Origin: Caecitellus pseudoparvulus
Taxonomy: Eukaryota > Protista > Bigyra: Bicosoecida
NCBI GenBank assembly: GCA_965644315.1
Contig: CBFFRQ010000091.1
Coordinates: 1-64,000 of the forward strand
Direction of reading: 5' to 3'
DNA: 64,000 nucleotides
Positions 55,901 to 64,000 of the stretch are shown piece by piece. A program made the position numbers and the translations under genes. The notes under the pieces are model-generated. The model did no database searches. It was not told the DNA's origin and saw only the letters and a program-made list of their open reading frames with translations. The number at the start of each line of letters is the position of its first letter. Position 1 is the stretch's first letter.

Positions 55901-58900
55901 GGTGGTGGTGGAGCGGGTCCCGGCGCCGAGGGTGGCTGGTCGGAGCAATTGCCCCGTATTTGCGTCCCAGCCTTCTGACGGGGCCTGAGCGTGGGGAGCA
56001 GGCGCCGGCGTCAGCCCCCCCAGGTCTATGCGGGAGGGGTGTGGAGGGGGGGTGCTGGGCTGCAGCAGCAGCCGGAGGGGGGGACGCCCCTCCCCTCCCC
56101 GCGGCACCCATGGACGGGGGAGGGTGCGGTGGCCCTGTTTTGGCTCTGCGCCAGGGGCAGGGGGCATTCGCGTCGCGGTCCACACCCCCCCCAGCGACGC
56201 TGGCGCCAGCCACGGCAGCCCCCTGCCCCCCACCCTGTGCCGCCGCCCTGAGAACACCGTCGCGTGGTCCGGAACATCTGCTTCCGCGGCATAGTGAACC
56301 GGGACATCCGCATGTTCCGGCAACCCATGCTCTGCGAGAGACGCCAGCAGGGCGGCAGACGTGGGGGGGGGGCAGCGAGGCGCCACCAGCAGCGAGGGGC
56401 CCCCCTCCATCCCCCCTTCCCCTGGCCCACGACCCCCCCTCCCCACAGGCATAGCAACAGCCTTCGGAGCAGTGTGTTCCAGCTGCACTGCCCAGGTCAC
56501 ACGGCGGGAGTGGCGGGCTGGAGGGGGGTGGGAAGCCGGGGGGCAGGGGGGGTGCCACAGGTACCTCAGGAAGGGCACGCCGTGTTCCGTGTCGGAACAG
56601 ACGCAGGTGGGTGTCGTGTGGTCGACTTCGCTTGCGCCCCCGTCGGCGGGGCCGGCCCAGGGGGGGGGGCAGAGCTGCCAAGGAGGCGGGTGGTGCAGGG
56701 GGGGCAGGGGCTGTGGCATGCCCCCCCTCCCCGCCCCCCACGGGCGAGTCAGCCTCGGGCAGACCACCCTCGGGTGAGGCTTCCTCCGGCGAGGCAGCCT
56801 CTGCCACCTGGCTGTGCACAATGTCTCCCCACTCGTCCCCCAGGCCCCCCCCTGCGGCGGCCTGCTGGAGGGAGGCCTCCAGTTCATCCAGACTGGGAGG
56901 GGGGCTGAGCCCCCCCTCCTCCTCGTCCCCCTCCTCCTCGTCATCCCCTGCCAAAGCCCCCAATAGACCTACGGTGTCATCTGCAGCCAGGGTGTGGTGG
57001 GGACGGGAGGGGGGGGCACCCCCCCCTTCCCTCCCCACTGCCTCGGCAGCCTCAGCATCTGCATCCGCAACCTGGGCCCATACTCGGGCCCATTGGGCGT
57101 GCAGACCACCATCTCCTTCGTGCGTGCCTCCTGGAGTGGGAGGGGGGGTGCTGGAGGGGTGTGCAGGGGGGGGGCCTGCCACCACCGTGTCATCCAGTGG
57201 GTGCGCACCCCCCTTCTGAGTGAGGGAAGGGGGGTCCCCGGCACCGGCCTGGGAGCCAGCGGAGTCCACGACCACTGACCCCCCCTGTACTTGGCTGGGC
57301 GGGGGGGGGGTCGCCTGCACTGTGAGGGAGTACGCTCCCCCCCCCTCATCCCCCCCAACACCCCCCGCCAGCACCCGAGCGGCGTTCGACGTGGGCACAC
57401 CCCCCACGCCACTGGGCAGCCCCACCCGCTGCCACAGCTCTGCCAGACTGGGCACTGCCAGCAGCTGCGCCACATGCTTCTGCAAGGTGGGGTCTGCGGA
57501 CACGGCCCCCTGCAGGTCCAACCCACTCCCCCCCTCCACGCCGCCCGTATCTGGCAACGCTGCAGCCAGCGCACGCGCCGCAGACAGCACCCCCTCCTGC
57601 CGCAGGGCGGGGTTCAAAATGTTCCCTCCGCTCACATCCACCTCCACCTCGCACGTTGAGGTGCGGGTAAATGCATCTGCAGGCCCCAGCCAGTGCCCTG
57701 GCACGCGTGCCCCCCCCCCTCCGATGTGGATGGTGTCCGTCGCAGGGGGGGGTGCGGCGGAGGGGGGCTGCTGGGGCTTGCCAGCCCAGGCTTCTTGGAG
57801 GGCGCCCTCAGCCCCCCTCGCGCCCCCCTCCCTGCCCCCTTGCACCCCCCTCCGCCCCCCAGCCAGAAACTCCCTGCAAATAGGCGAATGCCCTGTGCTG
57901 CGAGGGATGCGGGGGTGGGGGGCGCCTCCGCCCAGGTGGGCACGGACAGGGGCAGGGCGGGGGGAAGGGGATGCGGTGAGGGGTGTGAGGGGGGTGTCTC
58001 TGGCTTGGAGGGGGTGGGAGGGGGGCCTCCGCCTCCCCCGGCGAGGGGGGGGCTGACTGTGTATGGGTGGAATGAGGTGGTGCAGAGCCCACGGTCCACA
58101 CCGCGGAGCGATCCTGAGGGGGGGTGTCCGATGCCGCGGAGGGGGGGTGGGGCGCACCCACCCCCTCACACCGCGGCCCGGCCTTGGCCGGCAACCCCCC
58201 CCGCACCACCGGGCACCGCAGATACAACCAGTCCATCCCGTGCAAATGGTAGTCTTGCATGAACTGCAGGGGGTACGGCACGTGTGCCTCGTACGGCTGC
58301 AGAGGCACGCCCAGCACAGCGCCCCCCCCCACCAACCCTGCGAGAGGCTTCACCCACCGCGGATCACGCACGGCAACCCGCGCGAACAGGTGCGCACTCC
58401 GGCGGTAGCCGTACATGGGCAGGCGTGGCAGGAGGTCCAGGCCCAGGAGGGGAGCGGAGCAGGCCAGGAGGTCAAGGGGGAGGGGTGTGGGGGGGGGCTG
58501 CGCACCCCCCTCCTCGCCACCGCCCGGCACCCACCCTTCGCCAGAGCCAGCCGTGGAGCGTGCTGCCAGACCCCCCATCGTCGTCATGGGCGCCTGCCGT
58601 GCACGCCGCTGTCCTCGTGTCTCCGCCGCTTGCGCCAGTGCGCGGTGCAGGTGGGCCCACACTGCCCGCCCAGCATCCTGCGGGCTAGCACCTTGCCCCA
58701 GCAACGGCTGCAGGTCCACCCAGAAGTATGGGTACACGCCGTGCACGTGCACGGCACACTTCTGCCCGGCGGGAGAGCTGCCGAAGATGCGCAAGACAGG
58801 CAGCGTGGCGCCGCCACTGTCAGGGTACTGAGCTTGGTAGTGGTCCTGAGACGTGGGCGGCGCGTGCAGTGCTCAGCCTGGGCACGCTGGGCAAAGGTGG

Positions 58901-58961
58901 GGGGCAGTACCCTCTGCGCACCCACCAGATTCACGATTTTCACGGCCAGTGCATCTTCCAT
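52889..58961 (-). CDS. REV3: DNA polymerase zeta catalytic subunit (intron 58846-58925; two further frame changes)
   Basis: RIFG...HVHGVYPYF, YEAHVPYPLQF, RGSQFRVE, LDFASLYPS, KMIANVTYGY, YGDTDSMF, C-terminal Cys clusters. Confidence 0.93.
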
Positions 58962-59155
58962 GGCGCCTCATGTGGTCTGCCTGTGGCGCATGCCACGCTG
59001 GCGGCGGTGGCAGGCGTGTCGCGGAAATTGAATGCTCCCTCCCGCGCAATGCTTGCAAACACAACACAGCCCCAAGGCCAGCCAAGCACGTGCCCACTGA
59101 AATACGGGCCAATGCACTGCATGCTCCCTTCCTGCTCCACGGTGAATTGCTGCAT

Positions 59156-61198
59156 TTACTTGCCTGGCTGTACTGAGAAGAGGTTCACGGGCGCCGGCGC
59201 GGAGGGGGGGTCTGCACACGCCACCTCCCCTCGAGCCAGCGCCCCCGCCAGCGCCGCGATGCTGAAGGCGCCTGCGCCGTGGTTGGCATGACCACGGCGT
59301 GTGGCCCGGGGCGCTGCTGTGCCCCCCCCCTGCCTGACTGTGCGGGTGGGAGAGGGGCCGGTGGCTGCAGCTGCCAGCGACGCCGCGTGCGCCGAGGCAG
59401 CGGCGGCGGAGGCGGCTTGCGCCAGGGCCTGGTCTTGCTGCAGGGTGGGGTGGGTGATGAAGATGGGGCGGGGCGGCGATCGTGGCTGGGGTGGCGCGAC
59501 CCCAGCGCCCCCCACATCCAGCCCCGCCACCAAGTCCACTGGCGGTGCAGTTGCCGCGTGGTTGCTCGCGACACGCTCCGCAAGCTGGGCCCACGGCACA
59601 CCCGCACCTGCCTGTGCTGCCACAAGGAACAGCAGTTTGGAGGCGGAGTCCGGGAGCAGGCGGCGGCCGTGTACGGGCTGGGGGGGGGACATGCCGTGCA
59701 GGACAGGGGGGGTCGAGGAGGGGGGGGGTGCATCCCCCCCTCCCACCGCCTCCGCCCATGCCTCACGGTGCAGGGCTGTGAAGTGCACCCGGACAAGGGA
59801 GGGGGTGGGGGGGGGCGGCGCCACATGCCCCATCACGGCGCCCTCCCGGGTCACCAGCGCGCCGTCGGGGCGGTGACTCAGTGTGGCCGTGTGGCCACTC
59901 GGAGACGCAGGCGCAGCGGCCCATGGACTGCACTGCGCGTCACGCCACACCAGAGCAAGAGGAGTCACCCCCGGCTCCCGCCCCCCACACGCGTGCAGGA
60001 ACACCAGCCCATCACGTGAAGCTGCCGCTCCGCTGTACGCGTGGCGCAGGCCTGCCGGGTCAGCATGGGCCCACTGCAGGGGGGCCACTGCCAGGGGGGC
60101 GGGTTGGTCCGCAGGGGCCAGGGCGCGGTCTTCGAAACGCACGAAGCGGTGCGGCACGTGCAGGGCGGGGTGGCCGCCGCCCCCCCCCCACTTGGCAGCG
60201 AAGGCCCCTCGCTTGGAGGCACGACTTCGCCGGCGGGCGCCCTGCTGTGCTGCGTTGCGGGCGAGGAGGGGAGTCACGACGTCCTCCCCCCACTTGGCCG
60301 CCAGCCACGCCAGGCGAAACGCAGCAGGGGCCCCCGACAGGTCCATGCCGCCCCACGTGGCGACGTCCCACACGTAATACGTGCGCGATGCGGGGTCGTA
60401 CACGGCGTCCATGGCGCAGCGCCGGTGGGAGGGGGGACCGCCACCCCCCCCTCCCCTTCCCCCCTGCCCCGCCGCCACCCGCCCATCGCTGCGCAGGCCA
60501 GAGTCAACAGTGCAGTCCCCCCCCTCCGCGCCACCCCCCGGCAGGGGGCTGCTGAACTTGTGCATGGTCATGCCGTTCTTGTCGTGGGCGATGGTGCAGT
60601 CCCCCGTCGTCAGCAGCAGGCACGCCTTGCCCGCTGGCCGGGGTGCCACAAACCAACCCTCCTCCTCCTCCTCCTCCTCGCTATCCGGTGCCAGAGCCAG
60701 GGACGCCGCCACGTCGCCCAACGCACTGGCTGCAGCAAGGGAGTCGGGAACAGCACAACCCAGGTCACTGGGCAGGGCCACCATCCACTCGGGCACTTGC
60801 AGGGCTTCCGCAAAGCGCTTGCGTTTCGCGTTGAAACGCGCCTCACGCCGAGCCTTCTTGCTCGCGCCTTCGCCACCGCCAGAGGCATGGTCGGCGCCTG
60901 GTGCTGACGTTGACACATTGCTCCCTGTCTCGGCATCTGCGGGCATGTGTCGGGAGGGCCGTGACCTCGCCCAGGAGGGGCCCTGTCCCTCGCACCACGC
61001 ACCGCCACTGCCACCCCCCTGTCCCCCTCCTGCCCTGCCAGACCTCGCCTGGCGCGCAGCCTGGCGCCGCCGAGCCTGTGCCTTCAGCAGGGCCTTGCGC
61101 CTGCGGTCTGCGTGGCCCGTGGAGGGGCCCCCGAACAGCGCCTTCACACGGCTGGCTGGCGTGGCCCCCGCACTGCTGGAAGGCGCCACGCTGGCCAT
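59156..61198 (-). CDS. SNUPN: Snurportin-1
   Basis: QVPEWM..LPSDL, RPAGKACL, FSSPLPGG, TYYVWDVATW, FRLAWL, DGLVFLH, GVTPL..VWRD. Confidence 0.85.
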   Translation of the reverse strand: MASVAPSSSAGATPASRVKALFGGPSTGHADRRRKALLKAQARRRQAARQARSGRAGGGQGGGSGGAWCEGQGPSWARSRPSRHMPADAETGSNVSTSAPGADHASGGGEGASKKARREARFNAKRKRFAEALQVPEWMVALPSDLGCAVPDSLAAASALGDVAASLALAPDSEEEEEEEGWFVAPRPAGKACLLLTTGDCTIAHDKNGMTMHKFSSPLPGGGAEGGDCTVDSGLRSDGRVAAGQGGRGGGGGGPPSHRRCAMDAVYDPASRTYYVWDVATWGGMDLSGAPAAFRLAWLAAKWGEDVVTPLLARNAAQQGARRRSRASKRGAFAAKWGGGGGHPALHVPHRFVRFEDRALAPADQPAPLAVAPLQWAHADPAGLRHAYSGAAASRDGLVFLHACGGREPGVTPLALVWRDAQCSPWAAAPASPSGHTATLSHRPDGALVTREGAVMGHVAPPPPTPSLVRVHFTALHREAWAEAVGGGDAPPPSSTPPVLHGMSPPQPVHGRRLLPDSASKLLFLVAAQAGAGVPWAQLAERVASNHAATAPPVDLVAGLDVGGAGVAPPQPRSPPRPIFITHPTLQQDQALAQAASAAAASAHAASLAAAATGPSPTRTVRQGGGTAAPRATRRGHANHGAGAFSIAALAGALARGEVACADPPSAPAPVNLFSVQPGK

Positions 61199-61288
61199 GC
61201 TGCGTTGCAGGGTGGGAGCCAGCCAGCAGGGCGGCAGTGCTGCGTTGACGTACCACTCACCCCACGCGAGCACTGTGCATTGTGGCGA

Positions 61289-63200
61289 TCAGCGGTACAT
61301 GGCCATGGTCTCGGGGACGTGCTGGGAGGGGGGGCGGGTCTTGCCCGCAGGGGGGATGGTGTGGGTGGCAGAGCTGGGCAGGTGGCGGTACGACTTGGGG
61401 TCGCGCGCAGTGTACCGAGCAGGGTTGAAGGGCACCGTCACGACAGGCACAGTGGTGGCCGTGCACGGGGGGGGCTTCACCCACACGGGAGGGGGGGGGG
61501 CCTGTCCTTCCCCTACCCCCTTCCCCTGGCAGCAACACCCCCCCCTGAACACCCCTTGCAGGGCTGTCGGTTCCATGCGCAGTGACGCATCCAGCACACT
61601 CTGCTCCCCGGCAGCTGTCACAATGACGCCTGAGCGAGTGTGGCCGTGGATGGAGCAGGGTGCGGGGGGGGGTGCCTGCACAGCGGCAGCGGGTGGGGCC
61701 GGTGGTGGGCCCACACTGGTGGCTGCCGAGGGGATGGTGGAGGGGGGTGCAGGGGGGGGTGCCACCCCCTCCTCGCCCCCCTCCTCCACCGTCGGCCACC
61801 ACACCAGGGCCCCCGAGACACCCGCTGAGTACCCCCTCCTCTCCCGGGCTGGCACCCGCGCCACGTCACTGACAGCGGATGCCATGGCTGAAGCAAGGGC
61901 CCCCTCATCCGTGGGCGGACCCCCCTTCACCCCACTCAGCTTCTGCGCCAGGGCAGACGTGGACACCCACGCGCCGTCATGGGCTGGGTCCTCGAACCAG
62001 GCAGGGGGGGGCGGGGCCCCCTCCGCCGCCGCCGCCACAGACCCCGCCACGTACATGCTGTGTGCAGCGGCACGGGCGGCCTTGCGAGCTGCCTTGCGAG
62101 AGGCGAGGGATCCACCCCCCTGCCGACCCCCCCCCCGACCCCCCTTGGAGGTGGGCACGGTGGCGGGCAGGGTGGGCAGGATGCCTCGGGGCTTGCGCTT
62201 GGGTGGACCTGGTGGAGGGGGGGACCCCGCCGCCCCCTCACCCCCCTCCGTCACCCGCCCCTCCGCCACAGCCCGCCGCTCCCGTGCCGAGGCGTGCGCC
62301 GACGCCGACGCCGCCCGGGCCGCCGCAGTCGCTGCGAGCTCTGCCGCCGTCGGCAGTGCGACCGACGCCGCCCGGGCCGCCGCCCGGAAGGCAGCCTTAT
62401 CCCCCGCCTCCGCCGCCTGCTCCTCCCCAATCACCTGTCGTGCCGCATCCAGCAGCAGCTCCTCATCCTGCACCTGCCCCACGGCGGCATCCGCTGCCCC
62501 TGCCTCGGCAGCTGCCAGCGCCGCTGCTGCCAGACGCTTGGCGTGGTACGTGTCTGGGTCAGCGTGCAGGACGGCGGAGTCGTACACAAAGTTCACCTCC
62601 TCCATGGCAGCCTCTGCCTTCTCTGACGCGGTGTGCAGGAGGGGCGCGACGTTGTACGAGGTCATGTAGTTGGCGGGTGCGACGGGGTCCGTGTTACCGC
62701 GACCATACGGGTGGAACGGCGGCTTCCCGAAGTACTTGGAGAAACCCGAGTCACTCAGCCACCGGCTGTTGGACACTTTGGACAGCAGGGTCGCTGTGCG
62801 ACCCTCCTCCTCCGTCAACGCGACGTTGGTCGTGCGGAAGCCAGCACGTCGCCGGTGCCGACCGCTGCCGCGGCGACCGCTGCTGCGTGCCGCTACGCCG
62901 CTCGCAGCAGCACGCGCTGCCCGCCGCAACGCAGCAGCGCTGCTGCGTTGCTTCGCCCCCCCACGCTGCTGCTTGGCCACCGTCGACGTGCGACCCGTGC
63001 GACCCCGACGCGCCTTGCGACCTGCCTTGGTCGACCGCCCCGCTGCCAGCACACGGGTCGCCTCAGCGTCCGCGTCGGCAGACCCCCCCTCCTCCAGACC
63101 CGCAGGGGGGGCATCCGCCGCCGCCGCGCCCCCCCCCTCCTCCTCTTTACTCTCCAGGTGACCTGCCTCCCCACCCTCCTGCGCGGAGATGTGAACCCGG
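61289..63200 (-). CDS. Hypothetical protein; start uncertain
   Basis: Long open frame with a non-low-complexity core (WLSDSGFSKYFGKPPFHPYGRGN); no family recognised. Confidence 0.45.
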
Positions 63201-63802
63201 GCAGTGGCGGGGGGTGCGTGGGATCCCCCGCTCCACCCATCACCACAGTAGCACGCCTGGCCAGGCTCAGCCTGCGTGAAGCGGCTGAAGGCAAAGTCCG
63301 CCTCCGTCTCCCACCGATTCAACAACACTGGTGGGTCATTGCTACTAGTGCTGCAGCATGTGCGGGAAACCTGTGCGGGGAGGCGACGCCCAGCGTGTGG
63401 GAGGGGGCGCGTGGGTGGTTGCGGTTTGGCGCGGAAATTGACACGACACACGCACAGTGTCCCCCGGCCCCTCAGGGTCCCCGCCGCCGCCCCAGGACAG
63501 CAGCGTGAACATGGAGGGCTGTGCTGAGCGTGGCAAGCTGCGAGCACCTGCTGTGAAGCCCCGCTGGGCCATGGTGGTGTGTGGGCGGTGCGTCGACTAG
63601 TGCTGTGTCGCACGCGGCGCGCGGCGTGGCGGTGAGCGTTAGGCGTGCCTGCACGGAAGCGATGTGGAGTGAGCAAGTGCGCGGCACACTGCACAGCAGC
63701 ACATTGCAAGATACGTGTGGCATTTTGCTGCATTGCGCAATATGCGGGGGGGGGATGGCACAGGGGACGCACGGGGAAGGGAGGGGGGTCTGAGCACACT
63801 GC

Positions 63803-64000
63803 TCAGTCCAGGCCAGCGACATTCTCGAGAACGTACACCAGGACGATGGAGAGGGGGAAGAGCGCCGCGACGACCCACGCCCAGTACGTGGGGAAGCGCG
63901 TGCGCAGTGCGATGGCGAACATGACGATTTCCACGACGAGGATGACGAGCGTTTCTGCGGAGAAGGCCCAGCGCAGGGAGTTGTTGCCGGCCATGATGCC
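63803..64000 (-). CDS. C-terminus of an NCL/EF-CAX-type Na+/Ca2+ exchanger-like membrane protein (partial)
   Basis: LRWAFSAETLVILVV...FPLSIVLVYVLE resembles the NCL C-terminal helices. Confidence 0.6.
   Translation of the reverse strand, partial: GIMAGNNSLRWAFSAETLVILVVEIVMFAIALRTRFPTYWAWVVAALFPLSIVLVYVLENVAGLD

Noticed and set aside
52889-56944. Family B polymerase as a viral or Polinton gene
   Set aside because: Motifs and C-terminal Cys clusters are those of cellular REV3; host GC content and an intron
56500-58200. Programmed frameshifting in REV3
   Set aside because: Frame changes fall in low-complexity G/C homopolymer-rich regions; sequencing indels or unrecognised introns are more likely
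27368-63279. Many long alternative-frame or antisense ORFs (e.g. 27368-30223, 35605-39402, 60381-62669)
   Set aside because: Expected from stop-codon scarcity at very high GC; they overlap well-supported genes and lack motifs

Overview
The window has three compositional zones. (1) 1-~18290 is an AT-rich endogenous virophage (Maveriviricetes/Lavidaviridae-type). It carries the full morphogenesis module (packaging ATPase, maturation cysteine protease, penton, 594-aa major capsid protein), plus a fibre, a GIY-YIG nuclease and a peptidase/nucleotidyltransferase fusion. Its left end lies outside the window. Its right arm is interrupted by a GC-richer, apparently intact 4.5-kb PIF/Harbinger-type DNA transposon (13275-17815; 24-bp perfect TIRs, TCTT duplication). 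(2) The virophage's right end joins directly to an 18S rRNA gene that lacks roughly its first 120 nt, so the virus appears to be integrated inside the 18S gene. ITS1-5.8S-ITS2-28S and spacer repeats follow (to ~25400). (3) ~25500-64000 is a very GC-rich, compact protist genome (stramenopile-like rRNA, possibly bicosoecid; inference). It contains a pogo-like remnant, DIS3, inorganic pyrophosphatase, AP-4 mu, ALDH6, a transportin-3-like karyopherin, NAA50, SAMDC, dynein LC8, a disrupted CRN/RHS-like NTPase-REase gene, COG3, REV3, snurportin-1 and a partial NCL exchanger. The most notable system is the nested arrangement: transposon within virophage within 18S rDNA. All calls come from motif recognition by eye; no searches were run.
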